A DNA stretch of 64,000 bases, from positions 832,001 through 896,000 of the forward strand of contig CAXXVS010000003.1 in NCBI GenBank assembly GCA_963674755.2, written 5' to 3'. The position numbers were made by a program, and so were the translations under genes. Numbering within the stretch: position 1 is the first letter of the stretch; each line of letters opens with the position of its first letter. The notes under the pieces are model-generated. The model ran no database searches and was not told the DNA's origin. It saw only the letters and a program-made list of their open reading frames with translations. This DNA comes from Desulfobacterales bacterium (GTDB lineage: Bacteria > Desulfobacterota > Desulfobacteria > Desulfobacterales > UBA5852). This document shows, one piece after another, positions 20,906 to 30,371 of the stretch.

Positions 20906-21067
20906 CTAATCGTCGACCAGTTTGGAGATGGCCAGTGCGCAGGCGGCAACCGCATCGTCGGGGCCGTCCAGATTGATGACGTGGTTTTGGAGATCCACAT
21001 CCACAATGGTGCAGCCATGATTCTCAACCGTCATCTTAAGCACGTTGAGGAAGAGCGTATCGTCCAT
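20906..21067 (-). CDS. Small 53-aa hypothetical protein
   Basis: MDDTLFLNVLKMTVENHGCTIVDVDLQNHVINLDGPDDAVAACALAISKLVDD* with AAGGA RBS; below the ORF-track cutoff. Confidence 0.7.
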   Translation of the reverse strand: MDDTLFLNVLKMTVENHGCTIVDVDLQNHVINLDGPDDAVAACALAISKLVDD

Positions 21068-21454
21068 GTCAATAAGGGGTTCCTTCTACCGGGTGTCAGC
21101 GGTTGCGTTCGGTCGCCATACCGGCCTTGAATTTCTGGTTGCAGCGGTATGCCTATCGACCTCCGGTCGCGTTTTTTTATCGAACCAAATTGCGCCTACC
21201 CTAGATTCAACCGCCCGGTCTGTCAAGGTCGGTTCTCCCCTAGTCGATCGCCATCCATCGCTTCGGGGTTTTCGAGGCGGGGTTCGTTGGCCTGGATGAG
21301 CGGTCTGACATGGTGTCGGGCCCGATGTCCACAGGCGGCCCGGTCATTTCATGGTCCGCTTGGGCACAGACGACACGACCGCGGCCGTCAAGAGGACGCT
21401 GATGGCTGAAAATGCCATGATGGGCTTGCATTTGCCTGGCAGACCGGCCATTGT

Positions 21455-22318
21455 ATGGGGCAACAGGGGGTAAGGCCGGAGCGCTTTCCCGGGCCGGGAT
21501 ACAACATCATCAACTGCAACCAGACGACATCACCCATGAGCCAACTGCCGGACAAATACAGCCGCAGCGCAATTCTAAATCCCGTCAAGCTGCGCAAAGG
21601 ACAAACCCGCTGGAACCAGTGCGCGGCCGCGGTCCGCGACATCGACGCCGCGCTGCTGGAAGGACCGATGCTCGACTTGGGCAGCGGTGTGGGCTATTTC
21701 GTGCGGGAAGGCCTGCAGCGCGGCCTGAATATCTGGGGCGTGGATGCCAGCGCCGGCAAGCTGGTGCGCTTCTGCAAGCTCGTTCACTACACGGGCGGCC
21801 CTGCAAGGTGGCAGCAGCGCTGCCTGCAGGCGGATGCCGAGGACCTGCCCTTCGGATCCGATTCTTTTGCTCTCGTGAGCTCCTGGTATGTGCTGGAGCA
21901 CCAGCGCAATCCCGGGGTCTCCCTGCGGGAGCTGGTGCGGGTGACCCGTCCCGGCGGGGTGCTGGCCATCAAGGCCCAGGATGCCCGGCGCGGCTGGGAA
22001 GGCCACTGCAAGATCCCCTGGATTCCCTTTCTCTCCCGACGCATGGCCCGGGTCTGGGCGGAAGAATTCGGCGCCGCCATCGAACGGCGGGACGATGTGT
22101 ATGATGTTACCCAGCCCCAGGTCGTTGCCATCCTGGAGAACCTGGGCTGCGAGGTGGTGGTGCGGGCCGCCCCTCCCCAAGCCGTTTTGCCGGACCACTG
22201 GCGAATCGGCACTGAAGACGACGTCCGCCGGGCGGCACGCCACATCCGGGAGCTGCAGGAGACAGGGCGCTGGCGGCCGCCGCCGGAGAATCTCTACCTC
22301 TATGCCGTCAAGCGCTAA
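21455..22318 (+). CDS. Class I SAM-dependent methyltransferase
   Basis: MLDLGSGVG motif I, ADAEDLPF, VLEH, RVTRPGG; true start may be the downstream ATG (MSQLPDK). Confidence 0.85.
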   Translation: MGQQGVRPERFPGPGYNIINCNQTTSPMSQLPDKYSRSAILNPVKLRKGQTRWNQCAAAVRDIDAALLEGPMLDLGSGVGYFVREGLQRGLNIWGVDASAGKLVRFCKLVHYTGGPARWQQRCLQADAEDLPFGSDSFALVSSWYVLEHQRNPGVSLRELVRVTRPGGVLAIKAQDARRGWEGHCKIPWIPFLSRRMARVWAEEFGAAIERRDDVYDVTQPQVVAILENLGCEVVVRAAPPQAVLPDHWRIGTEDDVRRAARHIRELQETGRWRPPPENLYLYAVKR

Positions 22319-22512
22319 AGCCGCCCCGTCGGCCTGCCGTCGCACCATTCGGGGGTGTTCAGCCGCTATCCGGCGGCGCCTTTCAGGCCGTCCGATGCCC
22401 CGCTTTTTATTCGATTCCTCAAAAAATGAGATGGCGTCATGCAACGTGTGAAATGGCCCGCGGATGTCGAAGCGCCTCAATGCCGTCCAGGCTTTCAACA
22501 TGGTTGTCAAAA

Positions 22513-23361
22513 TCAAAATTCGGTCACTGGCTCCAGGGGCACCTCGGGGTAGATCTGGCCGTGGGCCGGAGGCATGGAATTGTAGACCCACGCGATATCC
22601 ACCGTTCCCAGGGAAATGGCGCGGTAGCGCCGCAGGCCGCGGAAGGTGCCCCGGACCAGCACGTCTTCCATGCCCATGGTGAGACAGAACACGGCCACTT
22701 CCGTCCCGGGCGGGATGCAACGCAGCTCCCGGCCGAAGGCCAGGGGGGCAAAAGCCAGCCGCCGGCTGTCGGCCGCCTGGCACTGGACCACGGGCACCAG
22801 TTCGGGGAAGCCCTCCGGTCCTATGTAGCTGAGGAATTTCAGCGATCCCATCTGATTGAAGAGACCCTCGGCAAAGGGCTTTAAAATGCGCGTCGCATGG
22901 CCGGTGGCGGCGGCCCCCTTTCCCAGGCGCGTGAGCAGCGCTCCGACCACGATGGGGGTCATGGGCAGGGGGGCCGGGGTCGAGGCTTCCACCAGGTCCA
23001 GGTAGTGTACCGTGTTGATGCCGAAATAGCTATTGTAGCGGAACATGGGGATGTCGTTGTAGCGCTGGTATTCGGGCCCCTCCCGGCGCAGGTGGGTCCA
23101 GTGGGCCCGGCCCCGCCAGAAGCGGCGGTCCATGGTCATGATCAGAAAGGCCACCCGGGGATTTCGCTGGATGTACTGCTTGCTCAACCCCTGGCAGAAT
23201 TCACCCAGGGTAATCTGGTCGGGCCGGGGGGCCATGATGGAGGTGATCAGGGAAACATGGGGCCGTCCTTCGGGATTGACGGAGGCGACGATGCCGATCT
23301 TCTCGGCCGGTTCGAAGGCCTTCTGTTCTTCGGCGGTAAAAGCGGTGCGGTTGGCGGTCAT
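22513..23361 (-). CDS. Pyridoxamine 5'-phosphate oxidase-like (FMN-binding split barrel) protein, two tandem domains
   Basis: IVASVNPEGRPHVS...NPRVAF in the N-half, FLSYIGPEGFPELVP in the C-half; ATGA overlap with the activase stop. Confidence 0.75.
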   Translation of the reverse strand: MTANRTAFTAEEQKAFEPAEKIGIVASVNPEGRPHVSLITSIMAPRPDQITLGEFCQGLSKQYIQRNPRVAFLIMTMDRRFWRGRAHWTHLRREGPEYQRYNDIPMFRYNSYFGINTVHYLDLVEASTPAPLPMTPIVVGALLTRLGKGAAATGHATRILKPFAEGLFNQMGSLKFLSYIGPEGFPELVPVVQCQAADSRRLAFAPLAFGRELRCIPPGTEVAVFCLTMGMEDVLVRGTFRGLRRYRAISLGTVDIAWVYNSMPPAHGQIYPEVPLEPVTEF

Positions 23362-24377
23362 GAGGGGATTCCTTCCGAGGTGGTCATCTCAGGCAGGCGG
23401 GTCGATCCGCTCCAATGGACGATCGCCGGATCAACGCCGGAGCGACGGGCCGTGTCGGCCAGGCGTTCCATTACGTCCCGGGGAAGCAGGGGGTGGTCCT
23501 TGAAGGCCCAGTCGCGGTCTATCCGTTGGTACTTGTCCCGGCAGAGGTTGTTGAAGGCGCACAATTCCCAGCGTTCCACAAAGCCGGACAAGTGCTCGGC
23601 CAGCCACTGCCCGATCCCGGCGATGACGGCGGCATCGGCCGTGGCCTCCGGAATCACCGGGGTGCGGATCCACAGCGTGTGCGGCGGATCACCGCCGGCC
23701 ATGCGGTCCCGTATGGCCAGGAGGTTTTCCAGGATCTGGGAGTTGGCGCGCCCTGTCCAGGTGCGGTGGCGGTCCGGGTCGATGGTTTTAAGATCATAGA
23801 GCACCAGGTCGGTGAAGGGCAGAAAGGCGTCCCGCATCGGCCCGGGATAGCAGCCGCAGGTGTCCACGGCCGTGTGGAGGCCTTCCCTTTTCAAAGCCCT
23901 GAGAAAAGCAGCCAGAAAAGGGGCCTGCAAGCCGGGTTCACCCCCGCCGGCGGTCACCCCGCCCCCGTTGGTGAAATAGGCCCGGTCTTTAAGGACTTCG
24001 TGCACCAGATCGCCAAGACGCCAGCGGGTGCCGATCAGCTCCAGGGCCGTGGACGGGCATTCGGCGGCACAGCGCCCGCAGACCGTGCAGCGCGCCCGGT
24101 CGATGGCCAGGCCCGCCGGCGTGACACGCAGCGCGTCTTCCGGGCAGACGGCGGCACAGGTGCCGCAGCCGATGCAGCGGGCGGCAAGCCAATGCAGATC
24201 AGGGCGGGCGGCAATGCTTTCCGGGTTGTGGCACCAGCGGCAGGCCAGGCTGCAGCCCTTGAAAAAGACCGTGGTGCGGATACCCGGTCCGTCCTCGGTG
24301 GACAGCCGCTGGATCTCGAAGAGCAGGGCTTCCTGTTCCTGGTCGGCTTCTGGCAAGGCGGGTGGTTTATTCGGCAT
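23358..24377 (-). CDS. Glycyl-radical enzyme activating protein (radical SAM with 2x[4Fe-4S] ferredoxin insert)
   Basis: DGPGIRTTVFFKGCSLACRWCHNPES; CIGCGTCAAVCP and CTVCGRCAAECP; GGVTAGGGEP. Confidence 0.95.
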   Translation of the reverse strand: MPNKPPALPEADQEQEALLFEIQRLSTEDGPGIRTTVFFKGCSLACRWCHNPESIAARPDLHWLAARCIGCGTCAAVCPEDALRVTPAGLAIDRARCTVCGRCAAECPSTALELIGTRWRLGDLVHEVLKDRAYFTNGGGVTAGGGEPGLQAPFLAAFLRALKREGLHTAVDTCGCYPGPMRDAFLPFTDLVLYDLKTIDPDRHRTWTGRANSQILENLLAIRDRMAGGDPPHTLWIRTPVIPEATADAAVIAGIGQWLAEHLSGFVERWELCAFNNLCRDKYQRIDRDWAFKDHPLLPRDVMERLADTARRSGVDPAIVHWSGSTRLPEMTTSEGIPS

Positions 24378-24392
24378 GGGGTTGCGGTTTCC

Positions 24393-26909
24393 TTAATAGC
24401 CCTGGTGGCTCACCCGTTCGATGACTTCATTCTGCAGCTCCTTGCCGATGGACGTGAAATAGGCGTTGTAGCCGGTGATCCGGACCAGCAGGTGGGGGTA
24501 GTCCTCCGGATGCTGCTGGGCATCGCGCAGCATGTCCGGGTCCAGCATGTTGACCTGGAGGCAGGTGCCGCCGTTTTCCGCATATCCCCTGAGGAAAGCC
24601 ATGAACTTGCCGCGGTGCTCGGGGTCGCGGATGATGGAGGGGTGAAAGGTGATGGTGTGGCTGGCGCCGTTGGGCAGGCAGTTGCGATAGCCCCCCCAAT
24701 CGCCATATCCGTCCGCAGCCCGTCCTCCCAGGACCTTGCCCACCGAGTTGGCGTTGGCCGTGGGCCCCTTGCTGTCGGCGCCGTTGGAGGGGCAGATGGC
24801 GTTGGAGAGGAACTTGCCCCGGGGCCGTCCGTCCGCGCTGGCCGCCATGACGAAGCCGTCGCCGGCCCAGTAGTTCCAGCTCAGCATGCCCGGCCGGAAC
24901 TGGCGTTGGGTGGAACGGGTGCGGTGCTGCCAGGTGAGGTCGCACCACAGATCCATGACCTGCCGGGCCATGGTGTCGGCCCCCTCGTCGTCCCGGCCGT
25001 ATTTGGGGGCCTTGTTGCGGGCCAGGGCCTGGAGGATATCGAAGCCCTGCCAGTTGGCTTTAAGCGCCGCGATCAGCTCGGCCATGGTGCATTTCTTCTG
25101 ATCGAACACCAGGTATTTAATGGCCAGCAGGGAATCCACGGTGGTGGCGTAGGTGACCGCTTCCAGGGTGGTGAAGTTCAGCTCGGCCCCGCCCCGGGTG
25201 ACGTCCAGCCCCTTTGCGGCACAGCCGCGCACCAGGCAGGAGAGGTAGGGGGTGGGGAAAAACCGGGCCCGAACCGACTCCGAGGCCTCGTAAGTGTCGA
25301 CGCATTTACGGATGATGTAGGCGGTCTGGGCCGTATAGGCCTCCCAGAATTCTTCCCAGCGTTCAAAGGTGGTTGCATCGCCGGTGGCGGGCCCGTCCTG
25401 GGCGATGGGTTCGGTCTTGCCGGTCATGGGGTTGTGGAAGGGCAGCAGGTCCCGGCCGCCGGTCAGAGCCAGCTCAACCGCCTTGAGCAGGTTGAGGTTG
25501 TTGTCCACCGTGCCGGAGCGGTCGTTGCCCGCCATGGTGTTCTCCAGGCAGCCCACCGGGGCGTAGTCGTGGACGTTGTCCGGGTGGATCAGGTGCTGGC
25601 AGCCGGCCCGTTCGGCCTCGCGCATCATGCCGGCCATGGCGCGTTCGTCGAAATTGATCAGGAAGGGAGCGCCCTGGCTGCCGGATATCATGGCCACGAC
25701 TTTGTCCAGCAGGGCCGGCGGGCTGCCCCGGTGCAGCCGCACGTTGGGCTTGGGCTCCAGGATGGGGGACATCTCATCGATGACTTCCAGGATGGCGAAG
25801 GTCAAATCGTTGGTCATGTCCCGGCCGCCGGGTCCCAGGCCGGAAAGGGTGATGAGCTGGCCGAAGCCCGAGGTGATGCCCTGGCGACCGTTGCGGATCA
25901 TGGCGTCGTAGACCGTGTTGCAGTGGATCCAGAAGCATTTCAGGATTTCCTTGCCGAACGCCCGGTCCATGCCCGCCTCGATGGAAGCCCGCCAGTAGGG
26001 CCAGAGGTACTGGTCCATGCGGCCGAAGGAGACCCCGGGGCCCGGATAGTTCTCGTCGCTCATGATAAGCATGTGGTTGAGCCACAAGGCCTGGACCGCC
26101 TCCCAGAAATTGCGCGGCGGCTCCCAGGGGACGCGCGCCAGATTGCCGGCCATGGTTTGCAGTTCCTGCCGGCGCCGGGGGTTTTCTTCCGAGTCGGCCA
26201 TTTTGAGGCACAGGTCGCGGTAGCCCGCCGCCAGCTCCCGGGGCAGGGTGGCGGCCGTCATCATGGCCCGCAGCTGGGCGCCCCGGGGGCCGGCCTGGTC
26301 GGCCGGGCTCAATTTATCGTAGCGGTCTTTCAGGTCGGCGTGGATGCCCTGCCAGCCCTTCTCCAGGGCCATGGGATGATCCGGAATGAGATGTCCGCTG
26401 GTGGCGCCGCTATTGCCGTAGCCGTGGTCGTGGAACCATTTCATGCGGGCCCGGGCCCCGTCTTTTCCCAGCAGGGCCTGGTCGAAGGACTTCTGCTCTT
26501 CTTCAGTGAGGCAGAGGGAGGTCTGGAGGTTGAAGCGGGCGCCGGCCAGCAAATCGCCGGGCAGGAGTTCCCGGGGTACGTGGTGCACCATGACCTCCTT
26601 GACAAACCAGGCCCGGCGCTCGGGCAGCGACCGGGACCAGAAATCACCAGGCAGATCGACGTTGCGGGCGGCCTGGCGAAACGAGCCCCGCAGGGTCTGC
26701 AGCAGGGCATAGGTCTCCGGCACGATATAGAAGGTCATCTCGTTGAACTGGACGTCCCAGGGGGTGCCCGTGGACCAGGCCAGGAACTGGTTGTTCCAGC
26801 GGCGGTTGGTCCCCTCAAAATAATAGTCCCGCAGCCATTGAATGCGGGGGGACAGGTTGGCGGGGGTTTTCAGGGGTGCTTCTTCCGGTTGGGCGACGGC
26901 GGTTGTCAT
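24393..26909 (-). CDS. Glycyl radical enzyme (PFL superfamily), function unassigned
   Basis: SFGRMDQYL; Cys loop VGCLE; C-terminal glycine loop LLVRITGYNAYF; adjacent activase. Confidence 0.95.
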   Translation of the reverse strand: MTTAVAQPEEAPLKTPANLSPRIQWLRDYYFEGTNRRWNNQFLAWSTGTPWDVQFNEMTFYIVPETYALLQTLRGSFRQAARNVDLPGDFWSRSLPERRAWFVKEVMVHHVPRELLPGDLLAGARFNLQTSLCLTEEEQKSFDQALLGKDGARARMKWFHDHGYGNSGATSGHLIPDHPMALEKGWQGIHADLKDRYDKLSPADQAGPRGAQLRAMMTAATLPRELAAGYRDLCLKMADSEENPRRRQELQTMAGNLARVPWEPPRNFWEAVQALWLNHMLIMSDENYPGPGVSFGRMDQYLWPYWRASIEAGMDRAFGKEILKCFWIHCNTVYDAMIRNGRQGITSGFGQLITLSGLGPGGRDMTNDLTFAILEVIDEMSPILEPKPNVRLHRGSPPALLDKVVAMISGSQGAPFLINFDERAMAGMMREAERAGCQHLIHPDNVHDYAPVGCLENTMAGNDRSGTVDNNLNLLKAVELALTGGRDLLPFHNPMTGKTEPIAQDGPATGDATTFERWEEFWEAYTAQTAYIIRKCVDTYEASESVRARFFPTPYLSCLVRGCAAKGLDVTRGGAELNFTTLEAVTYATTVDSLLAIKYLVFDQKKCTMAELIAALKANWQGFDILQALARNKAPKYGRDDEGADTMARQVMDLWCDLTWQHRTRSTQRQFRPGMLSWNYWAGDGFVMAASADGRPRGKFLSNAICPSNGADSKGPTANANSVGKVLGGRAADGYGDWGGYRNCLPNGASHTITFHPSIIRDPEHRGKFMAFLRGYAENGGTCLQVNMLDPDMLRDAQQHPEDYPHLLVRITGYNAYFTSIGKELQNEVIERVSHQGY

Positions 26910-26979
26910 GGATCACCTCCCTGCCGGTCTTCGGCAGCAACGGACCGGGATTGCGACCCGACCCGGATTGAACGCGATA

Positions 26980-27705
26980 TCATCTTGTTTGACACATCTT
27001 TCGCAGATGCTCGGCCCCGTGGGTCAGCAGGCGTTCCATCACCGCCATGGCGGCGGCCGGATCGCGGTTCCTGATATTGGAGAGCATTTCCCGGTGGAAG
27101 GTGTGTACGGTTTTTACCACGGCCGGTTCTTCGAAAAACTGGGCGGCCAGATTGATGTAGACCTGTTTAAAAGAATTGAGCAGCAGCGGATAGATACGGT
27201 TGCCGGAAGCCAGGGCCAGCAGGTGGTGGAACTCGAAATCGAGGGCGGTCAGGCGGGTGACGTCGTGTCCGGGGGCCCGGGCTTCCCGGGCGATGACCTC
27301 CTCAAGGGCGTTCAGGTGCTCGGTTTCCCGATGGAGGGCGGCCAGCCGGGCATTTTCCACCTCGAAGAGCCGGCGGGTATCCAGCAGGCTTTCCTGGAGA
27401 TCCGTCTCCAGGCGCCCCTGCTGGTAGGCCACCAGTGAGTTCAAGAGAGCCAGGGAGCCCTCCCTCCGGTAGTCGTTGACCACCGCGCCCACCCGCGGCA
27501 TCAGGGTGATCAGGCCCTTGGCCTCCAGGTCCACCAGCCCGTTGTGCACCACCGGTCGGCTGACGCCCAGCCGGAGGGCCAGCTCCCGCTCGGAGGGCAG
27601 CTTCTGGCCGATCTTGAACTGCCCAGACAGGATGAGTTTTTCGAATCGTTCAATGAAGACATCTTTAAGGCTAGGACTCTGAAGGGGGGCTAGCAGTTCC
27701 TGCAT
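26980..27705 (-). CDS. GntR family transcriptional regulator, FadR subfamily
   Basis: GQKLPSERELALRLGVSRPVV wHTH; FCD domain DFEFHHLLALASGN. Confidence 0.93.
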   Translation of the reverse strand: MQELLAPLQSPSLKDVFIERFEKLILSGQFKIGQKLPSERELALRLGVSRPVVHNGLVDLEAKGLITLMPRVGAVVNDYRREGSLALLNSLVAYQQGRLETDLQESLLDTRRLFEVENARLAALHRETEHLNALEEVIAREARAPGHDVTRLTALDFEFHHLLALASGNRIYPLLLNSFKQVYINLAAQFFEEPAVVKTVHTFHREMLSNIRNRDPAAAMAVMERLLTHGAEHLRKMCQTR

Positions 27706-27726
27706 ATATAAACCTCATTTGGCTGG

Positions 27727-27773
27727 TGGTAATACCAGTTGCCACTATGGCGCAAGTTAGATTCGTTTGTCAA
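27727..27773 (-). promoter_or_regulatory. Promoter of the gntR-GRE operon with FadR-type operator
   Basis: Minus strand TTGACA (27773-27768)-18nt-CATAGT (27749-27744), then palindrome TGGTAATACCA (27727-27737) matching the TGGT-N3-ACCA FadR-subfamily pattern. Confidence 0.7.
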
Positions 27774-27833
27774 GCCTTTACCTGACGGACTGTATTGAAA
27801 GCCGGTGCCTCAATTGATATGCCATTAATACGT

Positions 27834-27929
27834 GATGGGGGCGGAAAAAGTCCCTGGGGCGTCACGCCTGCAAAGGCAGGCGTCCGGAACAAGATGAAAT
27901 AGCGGGACCCTGGCCTTCGCAAGGATGAC
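27834..27929. repeat. Degenerate REP-like inverted pair
   Basis: GTCACGCCTGCAAAGGCAGGCGTCC ... GGACCCTGGCCTTCGCAAGGATGAC, resembling GTCATTCCCGCGAAAGCGGGAATCC-type REPs; preceded by GATGGGGGCGGAAAAAGTCC. Confidence 0.55.
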
Positions 27930-28015
27930 CAAACAACGCCGATCGGTACGCCTTGCCAAGCCCTTATATTTGACGGTATCTCAAAGAATCGGGATTCGGC
28001 CGGAAAGGAGCGCCG

Positions 28016-28852
28016 ATGATGGAAGACGGTTTGAAGATCGAAAAAAAGGATGCCCTGGCGATTGTGACCCTCTGCCGCCCCGAACGGTTGAATGTTTTCA
28101 ATGCCGCCATGTTCGCGGCCCTGGAGGCGGCGGCCGATGATTTGGCCGCTGATCCCCGGCTCAGGGCGGTGATCGTTACCGGCGCCGGCCAAAAGGCCTT
28201 CAGCGCCGGGTTCGATGTCAATCCCGACAATCCCATGGTGGCGGAAATGGCCCAGGCCATCGAGCAGCGGGACAAAGGGCCGATTGCGCGCGCCATCGGC
28301 GCCATGCGGACGGCGGTGGACCGCTTCGTCGCCCTGCCCGTGCCGGTCATTGCGGCTGTCAACGGAAGGGCTTTCGGCGGTGGGGCCGAGCTGGCCGTGC
28401 GCTGCGACCTGCGGGTAATGGATCCGGCGGCCGAAATCTGCTTTTCCGAAGTCCGGTTGGGCCTGATGCCGGATTGGGGCGGGGGCGCGGCCCTGGTGCA
28501 TCTGCTGGGCGCGTCGGCAGCGTCGGATCTCATCCTGACGGCCCGCCGGGTACCGGCTGATGAAGCCCTGCGCATGGGGTTGGCCAATCGCATCAGCCCC
28601 CCGGGCCAGGCCCTGGAAACCGCGCTGGCGATCGCTGAAACCATCATGGCCAACGGGCCGCAGGCCGTGCGCCGAGCCCTGGAAGTGATCCGGGACGGCC
28701 GCAACCTTTCCCTCCAGGCCACCCTCGATCTGGAGCGGCAGACCGCGATCGAGCTGATCGCTTCCAGTGAGTGTATACATGGTATCGGGGCCTTTCTGAC
28801 CGGCCAGGTGCCGGTATTCCCGGATCCGCCTGAAGACGATCCGGCGTCCTGA
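28016..28852 (+). CDS. Enoyl-CoA hydratase/isomerase (crotonase family)
   Basis: AFSAGFD, PVIAAVNGRAFGGGAELAVRCDLR, EVRLGLMPDWGG. Confidence 0.93.
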   Translation: MMEDGLKIEKKDALAIVTLCRPERLNVFNAAMFAALEAAADDLAADPRLRAVIVTGAGQKAFSAGFDVNPDNPMVAEMAQAIEQRDKGPIARAIGAMRTAVDRFVALPVPVIAAVNGRAFGGGAELAVRCDLRVMDPAAEICFSEVRLGLMPDWGGGAALVHLLGASAASDLILTARRVPADEALRMGLANRISPPGQALETALAIAETIMANGPQAVRRALEVIRDGRNLSLQATLDLERQTAIELIASSECIHGIGAFLTGQVPVFPDPPEDDPAS

Positions 28853-29075
28853 TCCTGCGCCGGGGTCCTGCCTTTTAAGGACCCCCCAGCCCCCCCCCGT
28901 CCCCCGTGCCCAATTGCCCGAAAAGCACGTCCCCAACGAAAGATCTTTCGAACCCCATCCGATTTGCCTTACCAGAGCCAGGTGATATAACGCTAATGAA
29001 AGCGGGACGTAACAAGACAACAGGCGGTGGACGAAGGGCGCCTGTTGAAAAGCAAGGAAGAACGAGAGGTACCCC

Positions 29076-30356
29076 ATGACTGATCAGACCTATCAGGTTG
29101 TATTTCGGGGACAGATTGCCCCCGATGCATCTATTGAAACGGTAAAAGCCAATCTGGCGAAACTGTTCAAGACGGATGAAGCTAAAATCGACCGCCTGTT
29201 TGCGGGCCGCGAGGTGGTTCTCAAAAAGGGGCTTGGTCAGGAGGAGGGGGATCGCTATCGCGCGCTTCTGGCAAAAGCCGGCGCCCTGTGCGATCTGGTG
29301 CCGGCCCCGACCGATAGGCCGTCGATGCCGTCTCCAGCGGGAGAAAGGCCTTCCGCCGGCCCTCAGAAGACCGGGGGCACGGACGCCGCTGCGCCCAAAG
29401 AGACTGGCGCTGCAAAATCCACCGCCCAAGCGCCGAAATTAAAACAACGGGCGGCGGCTATGAAAGAAAAAGTACAGGCTGTGCGGCCGGGCGATCTTCA
29501 GCAAACCCTGGGCGCTATCCGGGATAAGGTCCAGAACCTGGATGCCGAAGAGGCCGGCAAGCAGGTGTCTTTGTTTATCGAGGGCATGTCGGCCCGGGTG
29601 AAAGCGGAGGTAAAGAAGGGCGGGTTGGCCGGTTTCAAAAAAAGCAAGGTCGTCTGGGGACTGGGAGCGGCGGTTCTGGGCGGCATCATCGCCCTTGTGA
29701 TCATGCTGGGCGGCAGCCCGCGACCCATGCCGATTGAAAGCCGCGTGTTCGACCGGTTCGCCAAACAGTATTATCGCGAAGTCCGCCAGACCGATCTGGC
29801 CAGCCTCGGTACGAGCGTGCTCGTCGGACGAGCCAAGGAAGTCCTGGACGACATGGGATTCGACTTTGACCGTACTCTTCTCTTGTGGCTGTTTCACAAA
29901 GACCGGGTGGAACGCCAGGGGGGTGGGGGCATTTACCGGACGATCCTGGTGGAACCGGTGGCGGTGGGTGTCGCGGCCGGGCTCTCCGGCATCGACACCC
30001 TGATCGCGCCTGAAACCAAGCGGATTTTCGAGATGGTGGCGACGATGCCCCCCGGGGTGGATCTAAAGGCCATTCAGATGGTGAAAGCCTGCCCTTCAGA
30101 AGGCGATCTTCTGCGGCATGACGATCTCCTCCGGGTCCTGCAGGAAAATGCAGTGGCCATCGAGACCAGCCCGGACCTGGCCATTGCCGACGCCTTTTTC
30201 GGACTGGAGCAGGCCGGTTTCGTCAAAATCCAACGCCGCTGGGAAAATGACGTGCAGTTTTGCGATCTGGAACTGCTGGATATGAACGCCATGACGGCCG
30301 TGGAAGCCAAACTTCGCCATCTCGATGAGATCAAAAGGCAGTTCAGCGAAGACTGA
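29076..30356 (+). CDS. Hypothetical single-TM membrane protein
   Basis: N-terminal YQVVFRG...VKANLAKLFK...VVLKKGL domain, Pro/Ala linker, one TM helix (VVWGLGAAVLGGIIALVIMLGG); GAGG RBS. Confidence 0.75.
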   Translation: MTDQTYQVVFRGQIAPDASIETVKANLAKLFKTDEAKIDRLFAGREVVLKKGLGQEEGDRYRALLAKAGALCDLVPAPTDRPSMPSPAGERPSAGPQKTGGTDAAAPKETGAAKSTAQAPKLKQRAAAMKEKVQAVRPGDLQQTLGAIRDKVQNLDAEEAGKQVSLFIEGMSARVKAEVKKGGLAGFKKSKVVWGLGAAVLGGIIALVIMLGGSPRPMPIESRVFDRFAKQYYREVRQTDLASLGTSVLVGRAKEVLDDMGFDFDRTLLLWLFHKDRVERQGGGGIYRTILVEPVAVGVAAGLSGIDTLIAPETKRIFEMVATMPPGVDLKAIQMVKACPSEGDLLRHDDLLRVLQENAVAIETSPDLAIADAFFGLEQAGFVKIQRRWENDVQFCDLELLDMNAMTAVEAKLRHLDEIKRQFSED

Positions 30357-30371
30357 GGGATCGAGGCGGTC

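Noticed and set aside
23415..27074. 1219-aa plus-strand ORF
   Set aside because: Antisense shadow of the GRE and activase genes caused by high-GC codon bias; no recognisable motifs
27770..29077. 435-aa minus-strand ORF
   Set aside because: Antisense to the crotonase and runs across intergenic repeat sequence
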